DNA from: the human T2T-CHM13v2.0 reference genome, Homo sapiens
Direction: 5' to 3' (one strand)
Assembly: GCF_009914755.1 (NCBI RefSeq)
Contig: NC_060932.1
DNA: 64,000 nucleotides
Positions 1-12,800 of the stretch are shown here, piece by piece; the stretch's first letter is position 1, and each line of letters starts with the position of its first letter. The notes beneath the pieces were generated by a model. The model made no database searches. It was not told the DNA's origin and saw only the letters and a list, made by a program, of their open reading frames with translations. Made by a program: the position numbers and the translations under genes.

Positions 1-2160
1 AAGCATTTTTTTAAATTATCACTATTTTTTACATAGAAAACAATATACCATTTTCTCCCCTTGTTTCACTTTGAAGTATGTCTTAGAGCTCATTTTCTGT
101 TATTTTATACTAGAAAGCTACCTTTTTCTTTTTATTGGCTGAATATTTATATGAAAGAGCCATAATCCAAACAACTACTGACAGAGATGTAGTTAGTTTC
201 TAATATTTTGCTCACATTAAAGGCAATGCAAGAAGCCATGTTTATAAACATCTGTGGAATGAATTTTTAAAGTAGACCTACTGGGCTTTTATAGATGTTT
301 CCCATAGAGGTCATGGTGCATCTTCATATGCTTTTGTAAAAGAAACCTATCTAAATGCTACATGTATTCATTATGATCTATAAGATTAGCTCCTGTGGCC
401 ACACCAGAAACTCATCTGCTCAAAAGTTGGTTTAAAATGGTCTTTTATACACAGCATGGCGTCTGGCATGTGGCAGGCTGGTTACCCTGTGTGATTTAGC
501 GAAGAGATGCAGGGCGTGCTGGGTCCAGTAAGGACACCTCCTGGACACTCGTCTGTGTCTTATGGGGAGAGCTGAAAGTCCTGCGACCCTTCCTCAGACT
601 CCTGCTGGTCTCCTCGCATTCCTGGAGCTTATTTACATCAGCAAGTGTATTGTTAAGGGCTGGCCCGTGGTGGGGCAGGCTTTGTGGAAAGTAAGGTGGC
701 CACACCAGGGTAGCAGGAGAGGCCGACAGGCTCTCTGAGGAAACAGACAGGATCTCCTCTAGCACTCCCCTGCACGGGCTCATTGCCCACCCTCTCTTCT
801 TCTCTGGTTATCCAGATCCTCCCATTTCTTCAAGATCTTTTATCTCTCTCAGCCAAAAGAGCCTTCTCTTCTCTCCGCATGAGAATCCTGGCTGAGAGGA
901 CTGGATTGGCAGATGTCTCATTCTGACCTGCCGGTTGATGGGATGGTGCTGTGTAAATGTCCTTCATCCCTTGTATGCTCCTTGAGGGTCACAGGTGTGT
1001 CTGTCACATTTTATAAACCTGAAAGCATTCAGCACAAGCCATTCAAGAAATATTTATTGGTTAATTAAGGCAATGCCCTCATCAATAGATTTACTGTATT
1101 AGATGTTTAACTTTTTAGAGGATTCACCTTTAAATAACAGTTTGCATCTGATTCATCCTAGCAGTACTGATGCTTTATGCAGGTGACACTGAGACGCCCA
1201 CTGTGTCCCTGGCACTCTGCAGCAATAAAAGGCTAGAGAAGGGCAGGGATGGTGCAGAGGAGAAAGGGATGAACTTGCTCCGAGGACAAAGGAAGAAATA
1301 AAACCTGAATGGAGTTTTGAAAGTCGAAATCTTGCAAGCCAGGAAGGGAGGAGAAAATGTGAAGACATAATAAGCTAATACAGGTGGGAGAGGAGGGTGT
1401 CAACCAAGACATGAAATGGCGTCATGTGTTTTAGGAACGTATAAGCAGCTGCTGGAATATAACATGCTGGGAGAGAAATGAAAGAGATGCATCTGGAGAC
1501 AGAGGAAGGGGCTGGGTCCTATGGAGCCATCGGCGATGTCCTGAGTTGTTTTGAGCACACTTTGTGGTATCAAACACTTACCTAGGGCCTGGGACTTGTA
1601 TGACCAGAGTCGTGAGAAGTCAACATCACCACAATGGCCATTTCTCTGCTGCGATTGGGTTTTTTGTTTGTTTGTTTGTTTGTTTTTCTGATCACCAGCC
1701 AGTTTTTTAAATAACAGAGTTTTGTTTCGTATGACACATCAAAATAGGTTCTTTGGGGTTAGGTAATACAATTTAAAATATATCTGAAAGTTCAGTCTCT
1801 TATCAGGTGACAAGAATGCAAGGACTCTGCCAGGGTGGACCCCTAGGAACTCATAGGTTAATATTTGAGGTTTTATGTAAAACAAGGCATTGCCATGCTG
1901 AAATCACTCCATGAATATCATAATGGATAGTAGTGTAATCATCATTAAACCAGTTAATCATTTGTCTGTCTTTATTGAACACAAATATTTTATGTCCTTA
2001 ATTTTAACGATTCTGTTTTGCATTGTTTTCCATAAACGTCCTTATTTCTATTAAGTGTCCACTTGCCTGAATCCTCTAAACCCTGCCATTCCCAACAGAG
2101 CATATGGTTATTATTAATTTCTTGATATATACAAATATATTTCATTTTCCTCTCTTTCAG

Positions 2161-2620
2161 GAACTTTCCTTCTATTTATGCACTGCTTAAGAACCGTCAA
2201 CTCACCAACGTGCCTAGTCAGCAAATGAATCCACTTGGGAACTTGAAAAACATCTTAATTAATTTTTGTTTGCATAATTTTGTGTTCTGTGACATGTTTT
2301 TATTATATGGTATGCTTTTAATTTGGAGAACCTACTTTTTTAAAAAACGGAAAGAAAATCTATCTTATTTTGTTGACTCCCAATAACAAAAAGAGAATGA
2401 TTTGTATAGTAGTTAATAAAGGCTGCCTATTGAAATCTCTTCTACTTTAAACCTAGAAAAACAAAGTCTTGTTATTTCAGCACAGCTCTAAATTGTATAC
2501 ACTTGAAAACCATGTACAGCTGCAACTCACTGCAAGAAGTCAAGATTCTACACATATTCCACATTTGAAAATGATTTATCCATCTCAGTTATGGACTAAT
2601 AAATATGAAAGTATTATGCA
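2161..2620 (+). other. Candidate 3'-terminal exon / 3' UTR-like segment of an unidentified + strand transcript
   Basis: Strong acceptor ttcattttcctctctttcAG ending at 2160. It is followed by AT/U-rich non-repetitive sequence with AATAAA at 2415-2420 and 2598-2603. No upstream exon recognised in the window. Confidence 0.35.
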
Positions 2621-3482
2621 AAAAGTATTCTGTCACATAAAAGGTTAATTATAAAGGCTTCTGCGGGAAGCTGAGTGGCACTGTCAGAATAGAAACATGA
2701 TTTTCATGCCTCAGTGTAATTTGTTATGGAACATAAAGGTCATAATCCCTGTGGACAGTATTATTCTCTTCATTCTCTTTTCATCATTTACTAGTGCATT
2801 GTGATTTTAATTCAATATGCCCCGGGAGGATGTGTTGTATTTCTTCTGTTAGAAGCTCACACAACATGTTCCCTGGACTTGGAATTTTAAGAACTGTCTT
2901 GCACATTGTTAAATTGTTGCTTTCTTGCCTCAAAGACACATTTTTTTGAGGCATTCACTTTTTACAGCATGCCATGTTTGGAGCATTGTGTTAACGACAG
3001 AATGACTTCAAATAGCTTAGCTTTTTCTTATCCTCGTATGCATCCTAAAACATAATTCTTTTGTACCTTTTAGATGTGTCCAGTACACATTTCTCTCTCA
3101 GAAACGCGTAGAATACAAGCCTGTGTGTTAGAGCGGTGGCTCTCTGCGGCGAGTCGGGTGCGAGAGTGAAGGGTAAATGTCTGTCATGAGGGCGAGCTCA
3201 GGAGAGCTACGGACAGCTAGGAAGCAGCTTCAGGCACCCTTTGGTTCAGAATTAATTTTAAACAAATAGGAACTTTAGAATATAAGTCAGACTATGGTAA
3301 ATTGAAAAGAATTTGAACTTTTTTTTTGCTTGCTTCCTTTTTACCTGCTGAGTCTCTAATACAATTCACAAATCTACAAGTAAAATCCCATGGATTCAAA
3401 CCTTCTGACTTAACTTCCATCTGTCCCCTTCTCCTTGATCCCACTCCTACAACCTAATTTTGGCTTCTTACTTTACTGCCTA

Positions 3483-4790
3483 CATTATTTAATTCATTAA
3501 GCACATTATTGAGAACTTAACTGCTGGGTACCGTCTAACATACTAGAGAGAGAGCGGAGAAAAAAAACAGAGGCGGTCTTACCCTGGAGAAGCTTAGATC
3601 CCCCTGGGAGGAACAGGCCAAACACCATGAGAATGTCAGGTGCTGACGGAGCCATGGAGAAAATTAGACCATGGTAACAGGAAGAAGTGCTAGACTTTAG
3701 TTTGAGTAGGCGAGGTAACATTTTAGCAGGGGCCATAAAAAGTAAAGAACTAAGCTACATTAAGAGACTAGCAAGTGCAGAGGTCCTGAGGTGGGAGCAT
3801 GCTTGGGTACTTGAGGACCGGCAGCAAGGATGCCAGAGCAGAAGTAATGGAGTGAGCAAGGGACAAAGAATTAAATGAAATCAGTGGGCTGGTTGGGGGC
3901 CAGAGAATAAAGTGCCAGTGTTGAGCTTTAATGGGAGCTGATGGGCAGATGGGAGGAGGAGTTGACAAGCACAGGAGTAGTGTGATGCAATGTGCATTTT
4001 AACAGAACCACTCTGGCAGTGTCTGAGAATAGCCTATGGGGCAAGGTGGAGAGACCCACTGGAGGCCACTGCTATGAAGGTAAGAAGGAATGCTAGCATA
4101 GTCCGGGGTGGTAGGGTGTAAGCACTGAGAACTGGCCAGACTTCATGTGTATTTTGAAAAAGTAAAGCCAGTAAGACTTAGTGCACAGATTGGTTGTGAG
4201 ATACAGAAATTAAGTTGGATGATCCAAAGATTTGGGTCCAGAGGCACTGGAAAACTAGAATTGCCTCTTTCTGAGATGGGGACATTTTAGGAGGACAAGG
4301 TGATTATGTTAAGTTTTGAGATACAGATCTGGAGGTGGGAGAGATCTCAGCTGGAGATAGAAATTTAAGAACCGTCAAAATATAGATGTCATTTAAAGCT
4401 GTAGTTTGAGTGGAGATCAGAGAACAGACCATGGAATGTCGCATCACTTGTAAGTCAGTGAGATGAAGAGGAACCAGAAAATGAGACCAAGAAGGAGCTG
4501 CCATGAAGGAAGAAGAGAACCAAGAGTAATGCCCTGGAAGACAGCTGAAGAAAGCATTTCAGGGAAAAGGGATGTGATCCTTTGCTGCAGATAGATAGGT
4601 CGAGAGAAATGAAGAGTAAAGATTGGACACACACAGTAATAACAGAAAAGTCATCGGTAGTCTTGATTTACTTCATAGAGCGAAGGTTTGGAACAGATTC
4701 AAGAAGAATGGGAGGAAAGGAATTAGTCTAGTCAACTCTTTCAAGGATCTTGCTTTAAGGAATTGTTGGAGAGGGGTATAGAGTTGAGAG
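3483..4790 (-). mobile_element. L2 LINE (L2a-like) 3' portion
   Basis: L2 3' terminus (cattatttaattcattaagcacattattgag) followed by ~1.3 kb of purine-rich, L2-like degenerate sequence. Confidence 0.75.
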
Positions 4791-5239
4791 AAAAAGCTTG
4801 AGTATGTAGGAGAGATAAGTGAGGGTTGCTGGAGAGATGTCCATGAGCAGGTCTGTGCGCACACATTTTGTGCACGCACGGCCTAGGTGGGTGCAGAAGC
4901 AGGAAGGTAGATAAGACAGAGGGCATAGCACTCATCATGCCAATAGGTTCCACAGTTCTGCTGCTGCCAAAGCTATATGACGTAGACATTAAATGGCGCA
5001 TGTTCTACCATGACCAAAATACTTCAGAGCCTCCTACAGCTTCCAGGCTAACTTGCAGATTTCTTGGGTTATCACACACGTTCCTTCATGATTTTCCTCC
5101 TACCTACCTCTTTAGCCTGAAATTTCCACTATGGTAACTATCAGGTAAATTCTAACTTCTATGCCATCTTGGCATTGCTATCTGTCGTTTTATTCAAGAT
5201 TTTCCTGCTCTCGATAGAATGAGTGATTTTCAACCAGAA

Positions 5240-5800
5240 CATGGACATTTTAGGTATTAGGAGATTCTGGATCATATTTAGATGGCCTCCTTAGGGCTTT
5301 AGTGAGGGAAGGGAGGTGCTGCCTTGTTCCTGCCAGGTGGAAGGAGAAACGGTCCAGGTTCCCCATTTGGCCTCTGTTGACAAGGGGAGGGGGAAGGAGG
5401 GCCTTCTTGTTACTGCTGGGTAGGTTCCAGGTCTTAAAAAGCTGCCACTGATACCACCCTGACTCCACTGGCATGATATGTGGGGGTGTGATGGCCTCAT
5501 TACCACTGAGCAGTGGATGATAAAACTGACTCTCCACTACGCCTCTCTGACACCACCCCAGCTGGGAGGGAGTAGGGTGTCTCCTTACTGCCACGTGGAG
5601 GTCCAAGTTTTTCCCATAGTGTCCATTGACACTATTGGGTATCATCACCACCAAGCCGACATGAAAGTCCTGGCTTTCTGCTTGGCGTCTCTGGCAGCAG
5701 GCACTGTTCCACACCCGCATGTATTCTTCACTAGGGCCACTAGGAGCGGCTTGTAGCTCTTCAGATTGGCTGATCTTTTTCACTTCTTCACATGTATCCT
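5240..5800 (-). mobile_element. Old L1 (L1M-type) 5'-region fragment
   Basis: Degenerate repeats of the gtccaggttccccatttggcctctgttgac type resemble L1MD/L1M4 5' ends. This would explain the 187-aa ORF. Confidence 0.45.
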
Positions 5801-6153
5801 TTAGCTGGTCCACCTCACTCGGCTTCCTCTAACCCAGTGATTCCCAACTTTTTCAGGGCATGGCACGTAAAGAAAATTATAATATATACAAAACTCATTG
5901 GGGTGAGTGGAGGAGACCCAGAGCTTATTAACCCTAACCCAGCCCCAAGCTGCCCCAGAAGCTGAAGAAAATCAATGTTTTTGTACACCTTTCACCCATT
6001 CACAGCACAGTGAAGCTCCCAAGATTTTAGCCAACTCATTCTTCAAGACTTAGCCCCAGAAACTCTAACCCACAACACCCCATACCTATGTCATCAGACT
6101 ATGTTAGAGTCATCCTAACAGTTTCTGTCCTCCCGCTAGGCTTTACAAGCCCT

Positions 6154-8220
6154 TGTCTCAGTCCCTTAGGGCTGCTATAACAACATACCTTAGCCTGGGT
6201 AATTTATTAACAATAGAAATGTACTGCTCACAGTTCTGGAGGCTGGGAGTCCAGAGTGCCGGCAGATACAGTGTCTGCTGAAGGCTTGATCTCCACTTCA
6301 AAGATGGCACCTTCTGTGTGTCCTCACATGGCAGAAGAGGATAAAAGGATGGGAGCTTCTGTGACCCTCTTTCATAAGGGCACTAATCCTGTTCCTAAGG
6401 ACAGCCTAATGACCTAATCACTCTTTTTTTTTTTTTTTTCTGGATACCGGGTCTTTGCTCTGTCACCCAGGCTGACAGGCAGTAGTGCAGTCATAGCTTG
6501 CTGCAGCCCTGAACTCCTCAGGTCCCACCTTTCAATACTATCACATTGGATACTAGGTTTCATCATATGAATTTAGGGGGACATCAACATTCAGACCACT
6601 GCATTCTACCACTGGACCCCCAAAGTTCATGTCCTCACATGTAAAAATATTCATTTCACTCCAGTGACCCCAAAAGTCTTAACTTTTTCCAGTACTAACT
6701 CCTGAGTCTGAAGTCCACAATGTCATCTAAATCAGATATGGTTGAGACTCAAGGTACAATTTATTCTGATGCAAATTGCTCTCCAGCTGTGAAATCAAAT
6801 GTGGTTCCAAAATACAATGGTGGGACAGGCATAGGATAGGCTTCCATTGCAAAAGGGAGAAATAGGAAAGAATAAAGGGGCAATAGATCCTGACCAAATC
6901 CAAAACCCAACAGGGCAAACATTTAAGGCTCCACAATAATATTCAACTCAAAAGTTCTACATTCTGGACACACTGGGGTAGGAGTTGGGCCTCCAAGGAT
7001 CCACAGGGCTCTACCTCCATGGCTTTGCTGGGTGTAACCCACGTGGCAGCGCTCACAGGTTAGAGTTTCACGCCTGCGGCTTTCTCGCTGGAGTTTCATG
7101 CCGGTAACTCCACCAGTCTAGGGTCTCCAGAGTGGCCCTGCTCCCATGGCTACCCTAGGTATTGCATTAAAGGGGGCTCTCTGCTGTAGTCCTGCCCCCA
7201 CCCACAGCTCCACTAGGCAGTACCACCTCCCAAGATCTTCAAATGCCTTCAGGGTCATTCTTCCATTGTCTTGATGAAATGCACCAGACTTTGCCCATTC
7301 ATGCTAATCTCCTTATCAAGTGGTCTCTTTGCTACACCTTTGGTATGAGTCTCTCATGAACACATTTTCTCATTCTCTGCAGGCTGAGATTTTTCCAAAT
7401 TTTTGTTCTGCTTCCCTTTGGATTATAAATTTCATCTTTGTTTCTTCTTGCATTTTACTATAAGCTGTCAAGAGAAGTCATGCCACACCCTCAATACTTT
7501 GCCTAGAAATATTTCTTCTGCTAAATATACAATTTGATCACTTGCAACTTCTACCTTCCCCAAAACACTGAGACATGAACACAATTCAGCCAAGTTCTTT
7601 GCCACTTTGTAACAAGGATGGCCTCGCCTTTAGTTTCAAGTAATACATTCCTCATTTCTGTTTGAGACCATCAGAATGACCTTTTCCATCCATATTTCTG
7701 TCAACATTCTGTTCACAGTCATTTAGGTCATCTCAAGAGGATTGAGGCCTCTACAGCTCTCCTCTTCTGAGCCCTGACCAGAATCACCCCTAAGGCTCCT
7801 GTCATGGCAGTATACCTCAAAACTCTTCCAGCCTCTGCTCATTACCCAGTTCCAAGGCCACTTCACATTTTTAGGTATTTGTTACAGCATTACCCCACTT
7901 GTTGGTATCAATTTTGGTCTTAGTTTGTTGGAGCTGCCATAACAAAATACCTTAGGCTGGGTAGTTTGTAAACAATAGAAATGTATTGCAGTTCTGGAGG
8001 CTGGGGAATCCAAGATCAGGGCACCGGCAGATTCTGTGTCTTGGTGAGGGCTGCTCTCTACTTAAAGATGGCACCTTCTTCGTGACCTAACATGGTAGGA
8101 GGGGACAAGGGAGCTCACTCAAGGCCCTTTCAGAAGGGCACTAATCCTGTATGAAGATGGAGCCCTCATGACCTAGTCACTTTGCAAAGGCCCCACCTCT
8201 GAATACTGTCACATTGGGTG
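6154..8220 (-). mobile_element. MaLR provirus-like element (MLT1A/MST type): LTR 6154-6603, internal ~6604-7915, truncated LTR ~7916-8220
   Basis: Two direct-repeat LTR copies (tgtctcagtc...gctataacaacatacc and tggtcttagtttg...ccataacaaaatacc). The start of the MaLR internal region (AAAATTGATACCAACAAGTGGGG on -) abuts the right LTR. Confidence 0.85.
6424..6517 (-). mobile_element. 5'-truncated Alu/FLAM fragment inserted in the MaLR LTR
   Basis: Poly-T then gggtctttgctctgtcacccaggctg...gcagccctgaactcct, interrupting the LTR motif gacctaatcac|...|ggtcccacct. Confidence 0.75.
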
Positions 8221-8249
8221 ATCCTGACCCACAGCCTCTCAGGAGGTAG

Positions 8250-8630
8250 TAAACTCAACTGGGGCCGCAGTCATCTGAAGGCTTGGCTGGGGCTGGAGAA
8301 TCCACTTGCAAATTCAGCTTCCACTCACAGGTCTGTTGGCCAGATGTCTCCACTCCTTGCCACACGGGCCTCTCTGGAGGCTGCCTGAGTGTCCTCACAA
8401 CATGACATCTGGCTTCCCCAGAGCAGGTGTTGCAAGGGAAGGAGAGTCCATGTGAGGGGCACACAAGACAGAAGCCACAGACTTTTATACTCTCATTTCA
8501 GAAGTGACTTCACATCGCTCCTACCACATGCAATTTGTTAAACACCACTCCTGTGCCATGTAGGAGAACACAAGGGTGTGGATGCCAGGAGGCAGGGCCA
8601 CGGAGGACTGTCTTGGAGGCTGGCTCCCAC
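8250..8630 (-). mobile_element. MLT1F/G/H-type LTR fragment
   Basis: gcagtcatctgaaggcttggctggggctggagaatccac ... gtgtcctcacaacatgac, typical of MLT1. Confidence 0.65.
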
Positions 8631-8780
8631 CTGGGCAAGGTACATTACATCTCTGTGCCTTAGTGTCCTCACTACAAAGCGGCGATAGTACTGCCTACCT
8701 CAAGGGGTTGCCAGAATTTAGTGATATGCCTGCCAAGCCCTTAAAATGAGGCCTGACACATAGTAAGCACTTGATACCTA
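8630..8780 (+). mobile_element. MIR SINE
   Basis: ctgggcaagg...tctctgtgccttagtgtcctcac...cctgacacatagtaagcactt core. Confidence 0.7.
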
Positions 8781-8810
8781 TTGGCCATTTCTATCAGGGT
8801 AATACTCCCG

Positions 8811-8857
8811 CACCACACACACACACACACACACACGCACGCACACACACACACACA
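8811..8857. repeat. (CA)n microsatellite with CG interruptions
   Basis: Directly visible. Confidence 0.95.
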
Positions 8858-9849
8858 GAACCAGTGTAGAATGTTGAAGCCATCCCTTCACCTCCTGCAG
8901 TTCTGCTGCTCCACTGATCCTCCATGCCGGATCCACATCTTCCCCTCTTTCCTGCCTTGGCTGGGGGCCACATCATTTCTGCAAGATGATTGCAGCATCA
9001 GCGACACTCCTCAGGTGTCTATTCCATTTGTAACCCATCTGTAATTTGCCCTTTATCATGCCTTCTATTAATCTTCCTAAAGTGCAAATCATTTTCCCAA
9101 CCCCTTACACCCTTTTAATTGCCTCTGGGGTAAAGCTCAAGCTCCCTGGTTTGGTCCTCATGCCCTTCACCCTCTGGCCCAGCCTCCCTCTCCGCGCTGC
9201 TCCCTCCCCATATTCCATGCCCACTGGACTCACTGTGTTCCAACGCTGCAGCTGGCCCCACACACCTCCATGGTCTATTCTTACCCACGGCGTCCAGGTC
9301 CTCCTCACCTGCAGTGTCACTCGATCCCAAAGGCGTCCCTGACCCTGTCAGAGATATTCCTTCCTCTTCCCAACATGTGCCCCGAGAGCCCAGCCCTTCC
9401 ATCTAGTGGGTGGTTTCACGCTGCGCGGAGGTGCCTGCCTTGCGTGTCTGCCTCTCCCCCAACCCAGCGCCTGGAACCTGGTTCTGGATGCCCCAGTGTC
9501 CCCATCCCCTGCATCTGCCTCCCTAGGTGCTTCCCCTTGTCCAGGCATAGAGAAAGGTAGAAATCTTGCAGGTGGGAGGGTGTAGTGAGGAGCAGGGAAC
9601 TTACATTTCTCAAGCACCTCCTAAGACTCACTGAAGTCAGAGCATCCTCCCAGAACCACATAAGGTGGGTGTGTGTAGCCTGAACTGGAAGACGGCGAAA
9701 CAGACTGGTGATGAACAGCCACCCGAAAACCTCACAGCCACTGCCTGTGGAGCTGAGGTCTGAGCCCCAGGCTTGCCGGCCACCGCACAGCCTTCTAGGA
9801 GTGTTAGGCCATCAACAGCAGTGCAGAATATAAAAATATAGAACACATT

Positions 9850-9878
9850 TTTATAGCACAAAGGAGTACAGTTTTATT
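9850..9878 (-). terminator. Candidate polyadenylation signal (minus strand)
   Basis: Minus strand reads AATAAA-actgtactcctttgtgcta-taaaatGTGTTCTATATTTTT: a hexamer, a ~20-nt spacer and a GU/U-rich downstream element. Confidence 0.4.
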
Positions 9879-12800
9879 AATTAACATCAGAAGATTTCAT
9901 TGACAAGAGAAATGCTTCCCATGTTCCCTGAAGGCGTTTAGATAATTTTACAAATGGAAGAAATGTTGCAGTTTCAGATATTGGCGAAGCTCACTCTCTG
10001 CTCTGAGTCCCTTTCAAAATCCCAAACTCTCGTAGCCAGTGAGGGGCCCATTAAGAACGGTGCATCCACATAGCCAGCTCACCAGGAAAACAGGGACATC
10101 TGCTAACGAATGCAGGAAACTCAGAAGTCTCTTCTACTAGGTTGCATTTTTGCTATTTAGGTATCTTTCTTTTGAGGTAACAGACAAACAGAGATACAGA
10201 GATAAAATAGGTACATACATAAAATTGAAAAGGGTTGGCATCCCTCCATGTGCCACACAGCAGAGGCTTTCGCCGGTTACCACATTTCAGGAGCTACTTT
10301 GGAGTGGTGGGGTTTTCATGAACCCAGCGTTTGCACTGGGGCTAGAAATGCAGTGTCTGCTCGCCGGCACCTTGCTGGCTGCTGCAGAAGCAGCTGCTGC
10401 TCGGGGTGTGGGGGCCTGGCCTAACGTTCCCTATGGGCTGTCGGCTGTGGTTCTGCAGAAGCTCAGCATGGACTTGCAGGCTGCAGCTTCCTCCTGGCTG
10501 GCTGGCGTGCGTGGATCCCCTTGGCATGCCACGAAGACTTTTCCTTTTGGAAACTGCCCCTCCTTCTCTCACAGGTACTCTTTTGTGTCCCCTCTTCCTC
10601 TCCTGAGGCAGCAGCAGTGTAGTGCCTTCATTCAGGCACTCGTACTGCAAGACCTCCTCTGTGCTGACACGCCTCCCCTACGTCACACAGCTAGTGGGTG
10701 GCCCATCTTTGCAACGAAAACCTCGCATAGCACTGGCCTTTTGAGGCGTGTTCCCTCTAAGGCAGTGACCTCCAAGGGCGGGGTGAGGACACTTACACAC
10801 CAGCAGGAGCCAAGCGAAATGCTTGCTAAGGGAGAGAATGTGCCCATGGCTTCTCCCCTTCCACCAGCACATGTGGCCAAGAATCTGCCAGCGGCCGCTC
10901 CTCATGCCTGGTGCACCTGTTGAGCATTTGCCACCACTTGTCATGCGAGTGAGTCACAGCCTGCCTGAAACTGCACTGTCTCTGCTGGGGCTTTACCCCG
11001 GTTTCCTTGGCTGGTTCTCCATCTCCCTACCTGCTGCTTCCTGAGCCCTTGCCCGCCTGGCAATCTTCCTAGCCTTCTTCCCTCCAGAGGATTCCGGCCC
11101 CCTCTGGAGCTGCTTACCAGCCTTGGTCGGCTGCCTAACAACAGGAACCGAGAGGCTGACCCCAGACACTCTTCTGCCAGTTTCTTCCAGTCTTTGGCCG
11201 CATCAGTGTCAGATACAGAGTGTGTCCAGGCCGGCCTCTGATGTCCTGTTACTGGATTGGTTCTCCAGAGCCAGGCTATGCTTTCAACTTCTTTTCCCAT
11301 CAGTCAGCTAAGCAGCGTGGAAGATCCCTCTCTGAGCCTCAGTCCTTTCATCTGTAAAATGGAGATACTTCCTTACCTACTCTAGAACGTTACTGAGGGA
11401 CTCTCAAAGCCTGAGATTGGTAAAGTGGGCCATGGGCAGTAGAAAAGTTACATGGAAAACAGGCAACTGTGCCTCACCTATTCATTCACCAAACGCTGAT
11501 GTGCACCTCCTATGTGTTGGCCTCTGCTGGGTGCAGGAGATGTAGGGAGGAAAGACATACCCCATCCCGAGCAGCTCACAAACTCAGAGGGAGGGAGAGA
11601 AGAGGGGAAGGTAGACAGGAGAGTCACAGACACACACATTTTCTAAAAACCAAAAATCAGACAAAGACTGTTTAGCTCTCTAGTCTAATATGGTATGTCA
11701 GCTGAACAAAATTCAGGGTGATCTCAAACAAAATGCTGTGATGTGCTAATTTGTTCTCTACCCCTGACTTCCCCAAACCATGCCCCTGGGGAAGCAGCCT
11801 GGAGCTGTCTAGGGGAGATCAGCATCCCTGGCCAAAGAGAATTCATCCCTTTCACGAAAACACTGCGGACAAAGGGCATGGTTTCCAAAAATGTCAAAAG
11901 ATGATCACAGAGGTAAGATCAGAAATCTTCAAAAGCAGGAAGCAAAAGGCAGCACAGCCCAGGCAGCTGAGGCTCCTGCTGCCTGGGCCTCTGGCCGCAC
12001 AGCACCGTCTGTGAAGCATCCCTAGAGGAAGCTTAAAATCCGAGGCAGTTCCTGGAGCGCTGGGCAGCACAGGCCTCCTCCTGCGTACTCTAGGTTGGGA
12101 GGGATCCGGTGTTCATAATGGAAACCAGGAGCTTTCCACATGAAGAACACAGGCCGCATTAATCATTCCAAAGACCACACTGGCTTGATTGAGGTGAGCT
12201 GTTCCTTCCACCCCTTAATTCCTCCAGCTCAAACTAACCGCTGCAACTGTATTACAGGATATTTATTTCCCCAGATCTTTTTTTTTTTTTTTTTTTTTGC
12301 CTACACATCTATTATACTGAATAATTAAGGTCAAATTGTAGATACTTAAAAGAATTCTTTCCTATTCAACACTATTAAACAACATGCCTATTTCTCTGCT
12401 TCCACATAGCCAACAACATGTTGCTTTTGGGCCACACTGTGTTTTAGGTTTCATTTATTGCCAAACAAACACACAAACGTCCAGCTTTCTGGCTTCTCTT
12501 GGGAGAGCAGATGATCTGCAACTGCGGCCTGCCTTCCATGTGCCTCATGGGCGGCTGGGTGGCGGGCCGTGTGGCCGAGGCACAGCCCGGGGTCCCCCCT
12601 GTTCTCTGTTACCCCCAGCCAACCTGCTTCAGATACTTGCTGGTAACTATTCAGCCTCATTTTCCATTTGCAGTTGACGTCTATGGCCCAAGCAGTGAGG
12701 CCTTGTCCTATACATTGTTTTGTGGCACAAGGGAGTCAAATTAGCTAGAATAACTAGCAACCCAGTCCTGTGACTGTACCACAGTAAGATGGCTTCATGA

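Noticed and set aside
5250-5813. 187-aa minus-strand ORF
   Set aside because: Non-ATG start, inside a probable old L1 5' fragment, and no recognisable protein family.
10342-11300. Possible minus-strand processed pseudogene (three consecutive ORFs upstream of a poly(A) signal)
   Set aside because: No poly(A) tail, no TSD and no recognisable parent protein.
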